A stretch of DNA of 64,000 nt from a virus, in IMG/VR virus record IMGVR_UViG_3300035670_000105, positions 1-64,000 of that record; one strand, written 5' to 3'. Numbering within the stretch: the stretch's first letter is position 1; each line of letters starts with the position of its first letter. The notes below the pieces were generated by a model. It ran no database searches, was not told the DNA's origin, and saw only the letters and a program-made list of their open reading frames with translations. Position numbers and translations under genes: made by a program. Below are positions 1-9,724 of this stretch, one piece after another.

Positions 1-3000
1 TGCCTCGGCGACGGATCGAATCCCAGTGATCAGCAGCGGTGCCAGCGGTGACGGCCTCTTGATGGCGTTCAGCGCGGCGAGGGAGTTCCTTGCGCAGGAA
101 GTTCACCCGCCCGGCGATGGTGGCATCAGATGGATCGGTGAACTCTGGTTTGCCATTGAGGTTGAGGCTGCCGGTCTTGGTGGGCCGGAAACCGCCGCGG
201 CTGACAACGGCATCCCAGTAGTCGCCGGTGATGGATGCTTTAGCGGCTTGGCGCTCGGCTGAAGTGGGCCCAGCTGGCACGGCAGCCTCCATCTCTTGGC
301 GGAGGGTATTGAGGCGATCGAGGTTCTCTTGGGAGAGAGAACCGCTGGGGGCGGAGCTGAGATCGACAAGCTCCTGACTGCCCACAGCTTGGGTGATGGG
401 CTGCTGGGTGAAGGTGCTGCCGCGGCGGCCGACGCCACCGGTTTGCCCTTCATCGATGATCTGCGGGATGCCGTTGACGCGGGGAGCGGGAATGGGCGCA
501 GTACTGCTCATCTGCGCATTGGCTTTGCGCACGGCATCGACATAGCCGGTGGCCAAGGCGATGGCATCGCGGCGGTTGCTGTCATCGAGGAAGCCCTCGC
601 CGCGGCCGGCACTGCGGGAGGCGATGGCGCCATCAAGGGAGGCAGCGGTTTGAGCGCTGCCGACCTGGGGCACTTCAGTGCGGGGGGTGATGGAGAGGCC
701 GGCGTAGGGATCCGCCGGTGGCCGCAGAGCGGTCTGGACACCCTTCTGGCCGTAGGTGCCGTGGGGATCCATACCGGAGCCAGGTGGAGGCGCCAGGGGC
801 AGGCCGGCTTCCAGGCGCTCAGCCGGGGAGAGCAGGGAGACGCGCTTGGATTGGAGATGTGATGGGAGTGCGCCGGTGGTGAGATCACGCTTGGCGTTGA
901 CGGGTTCACCAGATGGATCCCAGACAACACTCCAGCGACCGCCACCTGCTCGGCTGTCACCGGTAGCAGCGGGGTTGCGCTCCAGCTGACCACCGGAGAG
1001 GAGGGTGCGGAAGCGGGCGTTGGGGCTTTCCGCGAAGAAGGCATCGGTGCGTGCCTGAGCGCTGCGGCTCTGAGCCTGTTCGGCGAGGTAGGCGCGCAGG
1101 TTGCGACGAGGTTCAAAGGCTTCGCTGGCCGGCAGTGCGCCAGTGCCGTGACGGAAGGTGGCATCGGCATTGAGGGAGCGATCACCGAGGCTCTTGAAGA
1201 AGAGCTTGCTGCCGGCGTACTGGCGAGCTGTGACTTCTGCGGGAGAGGCAGGGGCGAAGGCGAAACCTTGAGCGGTGAGGCCTGGTACTTCACCGCGGGC
1301 GTTGCCCGTGACCAGGCCGCCGGTGAGCGAACGACTGGGGCGCTGGATGTCGAGATCCGATTCGACATCGCCCGAGTCCTGCGGCAGGAAGGAGTCTTCG
1401 CGGCGGATGTCGTCCTGGCGATCCAGGGGGACACCGCCTTCATCGTTGAAGGTTTCCTCGCGGAAGTTGGTGTGAACGCCGGCGGTGTCACCAGCGATGA
1501 AGGCACCGCGCTGACCGGTGGAGATGACGAGGCCGCGACCAACGGAGATGGGGCCGGATGGTGTGGTGATGAGGCCGCGGTTGAGGTTGGTGCGCTCGTG
1601 CTCCAGGGCCTCGGCGTTCTGCGACAGCCAGGCTTGCTGCTTGACCACCTGATTGGCGACGGTGGAGAAGTTGTCGGCCTTGGTGTCGGTGCCGCTGCGG
1701 CGTGCGGCGAGGATCTTGTTGGGCCGATCGAGGGTGCCGTAGGAGGCGATGCGATCGGTGATGTCGGCGTCCGCGGGGTTGCCGTTGTAGTAGCCGGTGG
1801 TGGCGTCGTCCTGCATGCGGGAGGCGAAGCCAAGGCGGATGTCGGCGGGGCTTTCCTGCTGAAGGGCGGTGGAGAGCAGCTCGCCGTCGGGCGCGTCGAA
1901 GACGAACTGCGCGAAGCGCGTGGCGTTGGTGTTGGGATCGCCCTCCTTGGTGCTTTGCGCCGAGGAGACGAGGCGATCGATGCGCAGCGCGGCGGTGATG
2001 CCATTGGGGCTGCCGTCGACACGCGACTGGAGTTCTTCAATGACGGGCCGGCCGCGCTCGCTGGCATCGAGGGCGATGAGATCGAAGGCGTCGGCGGGGA
2101 CGCGATAGGTGGGTTGACCGGAGGGATCGAGCTGCAGGCCGCGGGTGACAACCCAGTCGCGGACATAGGACTTGAGGAAGCCGTCTACGCCAAAGCCACC
2201 AGCGCCTTTGCCGATGCCGAAGGAGGCGGCTTGCTCGGGGTACTTGGCGACGGCGGTGGAGAGATCCTTGAGGCCAGCGGAGAGGCCTTCGGCGACGACA
2301 TTGAGGCGCTCATCGGCCTTGAGGCTGGGCATGTAGGTGCCAAAGACATCCGCCAGATCGGGGAGTTCATTGGCGAGCGCTTCTGCGGCCTGCTTGATCT
2401 GACCGTTGCGGACGAGGGAATCAAGCGTCCAGTGATCGGCGCCGGCGTGCATGCCGAGGGAGGTGTAGACGCGATCGAGGGCATCGCCGGTGCCAGCAGC
2501 GAGAGCGCGTGCGGAGGTGCCGCCGCGGACACCGGGGACACGGTGGAACGCGGGTTCAGGCTTGGGCCCCTGCAGGCCGACTGTGCCAAAGGCGGCTTTG
2601 ATGACAGAGGTTGGATCGGTGCCGTGCTGCTGTGCGAGGGAGGTAGCCCACTGACTGAGGGTTTCCGCAGGTGGCAGCTTGATGCCGGTTTGATGCCGGT
2701 GATCCCTGACAGCGCGCCAGAGGCGCTCGCCAGCCAGGAGTGCGGGTGATCCGCGGAGCACTTCGGACTGGAAGCCGGAGTCATCGATCAGGGTGGGGGC
2801 ATCAGGAGCCCAGTAGCGCTGGGGGATTGAGGTGTCGAGCTTCAGATCGCCATCGGTATCAGCGGCGATGTAGCGCTCGGGGTTGTCCTTCCACTCTCCA
2901 CTGACCGAGGCGTAGACATTGTTGTCTTCAGCGCCTTCATCACGGCGAACGCCGTCGTAGAAGCGTTTGCCGGAAGGACTGAGATCTTCCAGCATCCCCT

Positions 3001-4591
3001 TGATGCCTTGATCTTCCCGATCCGAGGTACGGCGATCGGGCTTCTCCTGGGCGTTGTGGCGGATGTCGGTGAGCTTGGCGAGTTCACCGGGCTTGAGGCC
3101 AAGTTGCTGCTCGACTTCGGCGTCAGTGGGCCGGCGGGTGCGCTCGTGCGGTGCACCGTTAGCGGCGTGGCGGCGTGCGGCGGCTTCCAGCAGGGGGGGC
3201 GCCCACTCCATTCCGTCAGGAAGCGGCTGATCGGCCGTCCCCTGACGGGGTTGCTGAGCAGCGGGGACCGCCTCTGTGATCAGCTGCCGGCGTGCGGCGG
3301 CGGCTTTCTGCAGGACCGGGTTGTCGATGTCCAGGGCCGGATGGGTTTCACCGGTGCGCTCGTAGAAGGCGAGATCATCCGTGGGCAATTCACGGAGATG
3401 GGTGATGGTGATGGGCGAGCCATCGGAGCGGCGACCGGTGTAGATGACGGGGCGATTGCCATTGCGATCGGCCTGGCCGTAGATGGGTTCACCACCGATG
3501 TAGGGCTTGAGGGAGTGATCGGAGTCCTCGTAGAAGAGCGAGGCCTTGGATGGATCGATGCCGGTGACTGAGCGGTAAGAGCCTTCGATGTCGCCGCGAG
3601 TGGGCGTGGGGATGGCGTTGAGATCGGAGTCGTTGGCGTTGAAACTGGGATCGAAGATGGTGGTGCTGTTGGCGAGGGTGGCACCGCGATCAGAGGGCGA
3701 GTTGTCTGCTGCTGCATTGAGCAGGGTGCGGAGATCGCCGTTGTTGTCGTAGGTGAGTGCTTGGAATTGGGGACGCTGATCACGGCTGATGTAGCCGTCC
3801 TGGGCGCTGGTGTTGTTTTTGGTGCGGGAGGTGGAGATGGTTTTTCCCGCGGCGCCTGCTTCCCTTGCAGTGGTGGTGCCGTAGCGATCCTGGGGGCTGA
3901 GGTGCTCGATGAGGGATTTCGGCTTGACGGTGTCATCGCTGGGGGCGATGACCTCCATGGCGCGGATGGACTGGAGGGTGCGTTTGAAGGTGTCGGAGTC
4001 TTGGCCATGGACGCGAGCGACTTCCTGCAGGAAGGCATCGCGCTTTTCGGGGGTATCGAGGAGCGCGGTGGCGGGATCGTGGAAGCCGGTGCTGGAACGA
4101 GCGCGGTACTGACCGGCCTGCCGTGCGGTGGAGGTGCCGCGAGTGCTGCCGGCGGCTGTTGAGTCCTGGAGCACGGCAGAGGGGACGCCATCAGCGCGGA
4201 GGATGGGCCCATTGGGGCCAAACTGCGGCCGTGCGGTGGTGAGATCGCTGTCGCGTGCGGGGATTGGAGCGGTGCTGCCGCCCCCAGTTGCTGCAGTAGC
4301 TGCGGCGACTTCGGTTTCCTTAGCGATTTGCGCTGCGGTGGCGTCATCGAGGCCTTTACGACGCAGGGCATTGAAGGCCGCAAGACCCGCCGCACCCAGG
4401 CCGGCGGCGCCGGCAAGGCCAAGACCTACTGCGAGGGCATTGGGACCGCGATTTTCAGCTGCCGCGGCCTGCTGGCGGCTTTTCCACTCCGACACGATGG
4501 GCGTGAGAGCCGCTTTCTGCTGCGCGGAGTCCGGGTAGGGGGTGCCGGTGGCTTGGGAGAACGCTGCGAAATCGGTTGGAGCGAGGATCAC
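1..4591 (-). CDS. Very large (>=1530 aa, 3' end outside the window) low-complexity protein, probably virion/internal (ejection-type); absent from the ORF track
   Basis: GTG at 4591 starts MILAPTDFAAFSQATGTPYPDSAQQKAALTPIVSEWKSRQQ. The same frame is still open at the left edge (IAGRVNFLRKELPRRAERHQEAV). The track lists no stop-terminated ORF in this frame. TACCCT motif 23 nt upstream. Confidence 0.8.
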   Translation of the reverse strand, partial: MILAPTDFAAFSQATGTPYPDSAQQKAALTPIVSEWKSRQQAAAAENRGPNALAVGLGLAGAAGLGAAGLAAFNALRRKGLDDATAAQIAKETEVAAATAATGGGSTAPIPARDSDLTTARPQFGPNGPILRADGVPSAVLQDSTAAGSTRGTSTARQAGQYRARSSTGFHDPATALLDTPEKRDAFLQEVARVHGQDSDTFKRTLQSIRAMEVIAPSDDTVKPKSLIEHLSPQDRYGTTTAREAGAAGKTISTSRTKNNTSAQDGYISRDQRPQFQALTYDNNGDLRTLLNAAADNSPSDRGATLANSTTIFDPSFNANDSDLNAIPTPTRGDIEGSYRSVTGIDPSKASLFYEDSDHSLKPYIGGEPIYGQADRNGNRPVIYTGRRSDGSPITITHLRELPTDDLAFYERTGETHPALDIDNPVLQKAAAARRQLITEAVPAAQQPRQGTADQPLPDGMEWAPPLLEAAARRHAANGAPHERTRRPTDAEVEQQLGLKPGELAKLTDIRHNAQEKPDRRTSDREDQGIKGMLEDLSPSGKRFYDGVRRDEGAEDNNVYASVSGEWKDNPERYIAADTDGDLKLDTSIPQRYWAPDAPTLIDDSGFQSEVLRGSPALLAGERLWRAVRDHRHQTGIKLPPAETLSQWATSLAQQHGTDPTSVIKAAFGTVGLQGPKPEPAFHRVPGVRGGTSARALAAGTGDALDRVYTSLGMHAGADHWTLDSLVRNGQIKQAAEALANELPDLADVFGTYMPSLKADERLNVVAEGLSAGLKDLSTAVAKYPEQAASFGIGKGAGGFGVDGFLKSYVRDWVVTRGLQLDPSGQPTYRVPADAFDLIALDASERGRPVIEELQSRVDGSPNGITAALRIDRLVSSAQSTKEGDPNTNATRFAQFVFDAPDGELLSTALQQESPADIRLGFASRMQDDATTGYYNGNPADADITDRIASYGTLDRPNKILAARRSGTDTKADNFSTVANQVVKQQAWLSQNAEALEHERTNLNRGLITTPSGPISVGRGLVISTGQRGAFIAGDTAGVHTNFREETFNDEGGVPLDRQDDIRREDSFLPQDSGDVESDLDIQRPSRSLTGGLVTGNARGEVPGLTAQGFAFAPASPAEVTARQYAGSKLFFKSLGDRSLNADATFRHGTGALPASEAFEPRRNLRAYLAEQAQSRSAQARTDAFFAESPNARFRTLLSGGQLERNPAATGDSRAGGGRWSVVWDPSGEPVNAKRDLTTGALPSHLQSKRVSLLSPAERLEAGLPLAPPPGSGMDPHGTYGQKGVQTALRPPADPYAGLSITPRTEVPQVGSAQTAASLDGAIASRSAGRGEGFLDDSNRRDAIALATGYVDAVRKANAQMSSTAPIPAPRVNGIPQIIDEGQTGGVGRRGSTFTQQPITQAVGSQELVDLSSAPSGSLSQENLDRLNTLRQEMEAAVPAGPTSAERQAAKASITGDYWDAVVSRGGFRPTKTGSLNLNGKPEFTDPSDATIAGRVNFLRKELPRRAERHQEAVTAGTAADHWDSIRRRG

Positions 4592-4627
4592 CGCAGCGTT
4601 TTGAGGCTGAGCGGAGGGTATGGGAGG

Positions 4628-5206
4628 TTAGCGGGAGGCCGAGAGGAACCAGATGGCCTTGTTGGCGGCTGCGACGAGTTCAGCGGCGTAGTTCTGGACA
4701 TCAATGGCGCGCTCGGTGGCAGCGGATTGATCGAGGTTGCGAGCCATCTGGGCTTGCTGGGCGAGGTTTTCGGCGTAGATGGCGACCATGGCGAGCGGAT
4801 CGGGCGATTCCGGCTCTGAGAACTGGGGTAAGGCGGCGCGCAGGCCGGCATTGGTGGTGGGCAGGAAGGCGCCCTGCGTGCGAACGAACTCTGCGAGGGT
4901 GTCGAACTGCTCTTGATGGAGCTGGTACTGGGTCTTGAGGAACTGATGAAGGGGCAGGAAGTCGGGCCCGGTGTAGTTGAGGTGAACGAGGTGGGCCTGA
5001 AGCTCCAGTTCTTTGCAGAAGGCCGCGAGGACGACGAGTTGATGGATGAGAGCCGGGTCACCCTGTGACTGTTCAGCGTTGAAGGGATCGGGCTGCTCGT
5101 TGTAGGAGCCTGCTGGCGGCGGGATGAAGAGGTTTGCGGCGATGTTTTGCAGATCGATCGGCGACGCCTGGGCGTAGTTGTTTGGGGTTGCGCCGGGGGC
5201 GTACAC
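4628..5206 (-). CDS. dps: Dps/ferritin-like protein
   Basis: HLVHLNYTGPDFLPLHQFL...FDTLAEFVR...WFL matches the Dps H-W-N-x-x-G-x-x-F-x-x-L-H / D-x-x-A-E-R / W-x-L pattern. Confidence 0.85.
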   Translation of the reverse strand: MYAPGATPNNYAQASPIDLQNIAANLFIPPPAGSYNEQPDPFNAEQSQGDPALIHQLVVLAAFCKELELQAHLVHLNYTGPDFLPLHQFLKTQYQLHQEQFDTLAEFVRTQGAFLPTTNAGLRAALPQFSEPESPDPLAMVAIYAENLAQQAQMARNLDQSAATERAIDVQNYAAELVAAANKAIWFLSASR

Positions 5207-5278
5207 GGGCTGCAGAGCGGTTGCGGTGAGGGTAAGGACGAACTAGGGTTTGGAGCGGATGAACACAGTGAGGGGCGA

Positions 5279-5306
5279 AGCCCGGGGCAACCCGGGCTTT
5301 TTCTTT
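5279..5306. terminator. Intrinsic terminator hairpin
   Basis: AAGCCCGGG-GCAA-CCCGGGCTT followed by a T-tract on the + strand. Confidence 0.65.
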
Positions 5307-5309
5307 GGA

Positions 5310-5441
5310 TCAGCGCCCTTGACCGCGGGATTTCTTGCGCCGATGGGAGGCCTTGGAGCGCTGCCCATCACCTTGTCGTGTCCGCTTGGGCTTGGGTTCT
5401 TGCCGGATGGTGCCACTGAGGCCGCCTTTTGCCTGTTTCAC
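5310..5441 (-). CDS. Small very basic protein (43 aa), not in the ORF track
   Basis: VKQAKGGLSGTIRQEPKPKRTRQGDGQRSKASHRRKKSRGQGR*; TACCCT motif 22 nt upstream. Confidence 0.6.
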   Translation of the reverse strand: MKQAKGGLSGTIRQEPKPKRTRQGDGQRSKASHRRKKSRGQGR

Positions 5442-5573
5442 GAGTGAGCAGAGCAGTGTGCGGAGGGTATTCAGCAGTTGCATGAGAGCCTCGCCGAGCT
5501 ATCCCAACGGTATGCCCCTAATACATCCGTACTCCGCCTCGCGTGCGCGTGAGCGGAATTTTTTGAAAAAAAA

Positions 5574-6206
5574 TCAGGCCACGTCTTTGTAGCTGCGCCC
5601 CTTGATCAGGCTACGAATCGAGGCTGGATCTACCCCGTGATCCCTGGCGATCTTGTAGATGGCTTCTCCGGCTGCGTGGCGTGCCCTGATGCTCTGAACA
5701 TGAGGGCGCAGCACACCCTGGTTGGGCTTGGGCTTGAACTGCTTGCTTGGCAGCTTGCCACTCCTGCTGTTGAAGGTGCCCATGGCTTGGACCTTGTAGA
5801 TCTCGATCAAGCGCTGCTCGACCCTTTCCGCATTGGCAAGGAAGGGCGTTTCAAAGATGACGAGTCCTTCCGTGCAGCCGTACTCAGCCAGCACTTTCTC
5901 AAGCCAGTCCAGGTGCTCCAGACGCCTTGGCTGCGCGAACAGCAGTGTCCTTGGCACCCAATTGCGCTCAAGCCAGGCCCGATGCAGGGGATTATTATCC
6001 CGCTGATCCACCTGCTGTGAGCGGCCTGGCCTTCCGCAGCCGACATAGTAGACACTCAGGCGGCCTTGGGTAGCGGACAGCATTTTCCACATTGCGTGGA
6101 CATAAACCTGTTTGCCTTTGCCGTCTAAGGCATAGATTCCAGCACTTGAAACACGACCAGCCATCAGCCGAGAAGCCAGGCTACGACTACCTTTTGGCCT
6201 TGCCAT
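5574..6206 (-). CDS. Putative GIY-YIG-like homing endonuclease with C-terminal HTH
   Basis: VYVH...YYVGCGRPGR, AERVEQRLIE, ..FN motifs; C-terminal IARDHGVDPASIRSLIKGRSYK HTH; lower GC; flanked by 15-bp direct repeats. Confidence 0.55.
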   Translation of the reverse strand: MARPKGSRSLASRLMAGRVSSAGIYALDGKGKQVYVHAMWKMLSATQGRLSVYYVGCGRPGRSQQVDQRDNNPLHRAWLERNWVPRTLLFAQPRRLEHLDWLEKVLAEYGCTEGLVIFETPFLANAERVEQRLIEIYKVQAMGTFNSRSGKLPSKQFKPKPNQGVLRPHVQSIRARHAAGEAIYKIARDHGVDPASIRSLIKGRSYKDVA

Positions 6207-6350
6207 AGTACGCTAGTACCCCCTCGCGTGCGCGTGCAATTTGCATCATATACCGACCCTACGTTCCTCTACCCTCCCCCCTTCGGGGACACTCCACGAA
6301 AAAACCCCTCCCCGGGGGCCTTTGTTTTATGTCCAACGCAACAGGCAACC

Positions 6351-6641
6351 ATGCCACGCGCAGTCAAGTCCACCACCAAGACCGCCAAGACCAGCACCGT
6401 CGACCAGCCGCGTATCTCTATCGGAACAGCCTGGGAAACTCGCAACGAGTCCTTTTTCGCAGGCCGACTGAAGCCAGCCGATGGCCGGTACGCCAACCAG
6501 GAGGAGCTGATGCGACTCCTACCAGCCCCCAGTGAGGGCCACCACTGGGCCCTCAAGCTGTTCGTCCGCGAGGTTGGCACCGGCCAAACCGTCGTAGATG
6601 TCATTCTCCAACAGGAGGAGGACTACCAACCCGAGGCCTAA
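6351..6641 (+). CDS. Small early protein, possibly DUF736-like
   Basis: MPRAVKS...ISIGTAWETRNESFFAGRLKP; preceded by the hairpin motif and followed by a terminator. Confidence 0.55.
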   Translation: MPRAVKSTTKTAKTSTVDQPRISIGTAWETRNESFFAGRLKPADGRYANQEELMRLLPAPSEGHHWALKLFVREVGTGQTVVDVILQQEEDYQPEA

Positions 6642-6660
6642 GCCACGGCCTCACTTCATC

Positions 6661-6688
6661 ACGCCCCTTCGGGGGCGTTTTTTCTTTT
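6661..6688 (+). terminator. Intrinsic terminator
   Basis: ACGCCCC-TTCG-GGGGCGT plus TTTTTCTTTT. Confidence 0.8.
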
Positions 6689-6787
6689 GTACCTGCGTAG
6701 CGGCTTCGCCGCTACTGCAGTCACATCAGTCCCTTTCCGTGGTGGCCCACCACAGAAACGCGCTGCGGCACCCAATTCCGCAGCACG

Positions 6788-6887
6788 CACCACCACCGTT
6801 CCACCGTACCCACCACCACCGTTCCACCGTGCCCACCACCACCGTTCCACCGTGCCCACCACCACCGTTCCACCGTGCCCACCACCA
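6788..6887. repeat. Tandem repeat, 4.3 x 23 bp (CACCACCACCGTTCCACCGTGCC)
   Basis: Units start at 6788, 6811, 6834 and 6857, with a partial unit at 6880; one mismatch in the first unit; no spacers. Confidence 0.9.
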
Positions 6888-7340
6888 ACGCACCAACCAC
6901 CAACGCACTCACGCACACTCGCACTCACGCATCTCAAGCACTCACGCCCGAAAGCACTAAAGGCTCCTTTGGTGAAAGCCGACAGGCTGCAAGGCACTAC
7001 GGGACGCTCTGCTTTCGCTGCGTCGCAGTGGCTTCACACCACATCACGGGAGCACGAGTGCTTTGATTTCTTGCGTATGTGCGTACCCACGCTCTGCTAT
7101 GTCAGTGCTATTCAATTCACAGGGCAACACCTTTGCCCGTTCTCAATAACACCCCCATCGCAATTTTTATCTGCGAGGGGTAATTCCCCACAAACTAGCC
7201 CCGCATCCGCTTCATTCGCAACCCCCTCACCTCAACCCATCACCAATCTCCTGTGTATTCCAACCCCCACATAACAGGCTGGCTCCTCCCACCCCCTCTC
7301 CCCGGGGGCCATTGGCTGGTGAACCATTCATCAATCAGCC

Positions 7341-7514
7341 ATGGATCGCATCAACTCACTCACATCATCTGAACGCTTCAACATCCACAGCGTTCGGTTC
7401 TACTGGCCGCTCTTCGGCCACTACGTCTCCGTCTCCAAGCGAGACGGTAGCTCCACACATCTCCTCACCATCGAGGAAGCACACCACCTCCTCGCTTCAC
7501 TCATCAACCAATGA
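7341..7514 (+). CDS. Small hypothetical early protein (57 aa), not in the ORF track
   Basis: MDRINSLTSSERFNIHSVRFYWPLFGHYVSV...; lies directly downstream of a hairpin motif. Confidence 0.5.
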   Translation: MDRINSLTSSERFNIHSVRFYWPLFGHYVSVSKRDGSSTHLLTIEEAHHLLASLINQ

Positions 7515-7579
7515 GGCACCCAGCAGGCTCCCTCCCCGGGGGCCTTGCATTGGTGCCTCTCAGGCAATCGCCATCAGCT

Positions 7580-7837
7580 ATGTCCACATCCAAACCCCAC
7601 ATCAACATCTCCCTGGAACGAGCGCTTCGCTATGCGCTCTACAAGGCCGTCTACAACGAGGACTCCATCTCCTTCTGGGTTGCCCTCAGAGATAACGATG
7701 TCATCACCGGCTTTGACGACGATGACAACGAAATCCTCAACCTGGAAGGACTAACAACCAGCCTCAGCATCGAAGTCATGCACTTCATTGATGAGCCGAT
7801 GCACGAGCTTCGCCTCCTCCCGCTCTTCCCATCCTGA
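7580..7837 (+). CDS. Hypothetical early protein
   Basis: MSTSKPHINISLERALRY...; downstream of a hairpin motif. Confidence 0.6.
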   Translation: MSTSKPHINISLERALRYALYKAVYNEDSISFWVALRDNDVITGFDDDDNEILNLEGLTTSLSIEVMHFIDEPMHELRLLPLFPS

Positions 7838-7924
7838 TCTCATCCCCAACCCAGCAGGCTCCCTCCCCGGGGGCCTTGTTGGGGTGCCTCAGCAGAGATC
7901 GGCGCCTGCACACCCCTCAGGACT

Positions 7925-8296
7925 ATGTCCAACAAGACTGCTTCCACTGCCAACACCGCACCTGTGGAAGCCCCTACCCCCGCTGCTCCTGTGGCTCCTG
8001 TGGCTCCTGCCCAGGACACCCAACAGCTGGAATCGCCTGCCGTGCAACTCGCCAAGCGCAACCGCGCTGATGAGGCACGGCTGGCCTTCGGCCAAGCGCG
8101 AGAAGACCTCCAGACCTACGCCGACGCTGGCGTCTTCTACGCCGCCAAAACACCTGTCGCCAATTCCATCGGCGCAGAAATCGGCGTCGTCACTAAAGAC
8201 GACAAGACCGGCAAAGTCCAGCGCTCCGGCCTGGGCTTCTACCTCCGCAGCGATCACATCTGCCAACTGCCCTACTACGGCAAAGTGGCCATCTGA
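7925..8296 (+). CDS. Hypothetical early protein
   Basis: 123-aa ORF between a hairpin motif and a terminator-like hairpin (8306-8333). Confidence 0.7.
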   Translation: MSNKTASTANTAPVEAPTPAAPVAPVAPAQDTQQLESPAVQLAKRNRADEARLAFGQAREDLQTYADAGVFYAAKTPVANSIGAEIGVVTKDDKTGKVQRSGLGFYLRSDHICQLPYYGKVAI

Positions 8297-8346
8297 TCAA
8301 CACCTCAGCGCTCCCTCACGGGGGCGCTTTCTTCCCCGCAACCCTC

Positions 8347-8943
8347 TCACGCCAGCGGCAGCTGCGACTCCTTCGCGGCCTGCTGCTGGCCCCTCATCAC
8401 ATCCGCCACGCCCCAGGCCGCCAGCCCTATCCCCGCTGCTGGCAACCCATAGGCCGCGGCCGGGTTGCTCAACACCTGCTGCATCACCTGACCAGCAGTG
8501 CTCACCGGCAACCCTGGCCCGTAGGCCTCCATCCCTTTCAGCAGCGCCTCACGCTGCAATTCCTCCGACAGCGTGTCGCGGAACAGCAGCGCAGCTGCCT
8601 CCTCCCGACTCAGCTGCCGGCCGTCCTTCGCACTAGCGAGCGCCTGCATCTCAGCAATCGCGCTCTCGCCTCGTGCTCCATACCTTTCCGCCAGCCCACC
8701 GCTGGCATCCAACCCCTTCAACATCTCAACCCCCTTCCCTGCACCCACCTCGTCCCCGAAGCTCCGCGCCAACGCACCGCGCAGATCAGCATCGCTGGCC
8801 ACCATCCGGTCGACGGGCCTGAGCACGTTCGACACCAACCCTGACCAGCCACGGGTGTACTCGTTGTCGCCCAGCGACGACCAGAACCCCGGCTGATCTG
8901 TCACCTCGCCAGCCATTCGCTGGCGACGCCCTGCCCCTGCCAT
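8347..8943 (-). CDS. Hypothetical (late-type) protein on the opposite strand within the early region
   Basis: ORF with a C-terminal hydrophobic segment; TACCCT motif 22 nt upstream of ATG 8943. Confidence 0.65.
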   Translation of the reverse strand: MAGAGRRQRMAGEVTDQPGFWSSLGDNEYTRGWSGLVSNVLRPVDRMVASDADLRGALARSFGDEVGAGKGVEMLKGLDASGGLAERYGARGESAIAEMQALASAKDGRQLSREEAAALLFRDTLSEELQREALLKGMEAYGPGLPVSTAGQVMQQVLSNPAAAYGLPAAGIGLAAWGVADVMRGQQQAAKESQLPLA

Positions 8944-9139
8944 CAACCCCGAGCCACTGGCTCAAAGGGTATGGCGGGGGCTTTTCGCTGCTGCCCACTC
9001 GCAGCTCCCTATGCGCGCACTCCTTCAACCACTCCTGATCGGCATGGGCATCGGCGCTATCGCCCGACTCGTCATCGCCCATGGCGATCCCCTGCTCTTC
9101 ATCAATCCCTTCTTCCCACTCTTCCCCTCCTACTTCTGA

Positions 9140-9655
9140 ATGAAGCGCCTCCTCACCACAATCTGCGCTCTCAGCGCAACTCTCCTCCCCACCGCCGCAC
9201 TTGCCAACCCCTCGGAAGCCTGGTTCCGATGGGCTGGTCAGATGGCAGCTCGCAGTGGTGTCCGCATCGACATCCGCAGCGACTGCCCTCGCACCCGCGC
9301 CGGTGGTTACATCCTCTCCACCCGCACCATCCAACTCTGCCAGGGCGCCATCTCCAATGGCCCGGCCTTCCTGGCTGAAACCCTCGCTCACGAGGCCGTT
9401 CACGCCGCTCAACACTGCGTTGGCCTTCACACCGGCAGCAACGACATGGTGCCCATCGGCCAGCTGCTCGCAGCTCACGGCCAAGGCACCCAGCTGCTGG
9501 AGATGGCCACACGCACCATCGCCACCAAGCGCCACAACATCACGGGCTCAACCCGTGGTGATTCACGCCTTCTGCTCATCGAAGCAGAGGCCTACGCCCT
9601 GGAAGATCACCCCACCCAGGCCATCCAGGTGATGGAAGCTGCCTGCCGGCGCTGA
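9140..9655 (+). CDS. Secreted zincin-like metallopeptidase
   Basis: Signal-peptide-like N-terminus; TLAHEAVHAAQ (HExxH) with a downstream EAEAY. Confidence 0.7.
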   Translation: MKRLLTTICALSATLLPTAALANPSEAWFRWAGQMAARSGVRIDIRSDCPRTRAGGYILSTRTIQLCQGAISNGPAFLAETLAHEAVHAAQHCVGLHTGSNDMVPIGQLLAAHGQGTQLLEMATRTIATKRHNITGSTRGDSRLLLIEAEAYALEDHPTQAIQVMEAACRR

Positions 9656-9724
9656 CCATCACCTCCACCCATCAGGCTCCCTCCCCGGGGGCCTTGGGTT
9701 GGTGCCCCATTGCGCCATCAAGCA

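Noticed and set aside
303-308. TACCCT copy inside the giant ORF
   Set aside because: No gene start at the usual spacing; likely a chance occurrence
26-4538. Long ORFs listed in 1-4.5 kb (e.g. 508..2166, 1148..2749, 3280..4422)
   Set aside because: Off-frame or antisense shadows of the giant minus-strand ORF (Pro/Ser/Arg- or Gly/Val-biased composition)
6788-6887. CRISPR array
   Set aside because: Units are contiguous with no unique spacers, and there are no cas genes; the Cas4-like protein is a typical solo phage exonuclease
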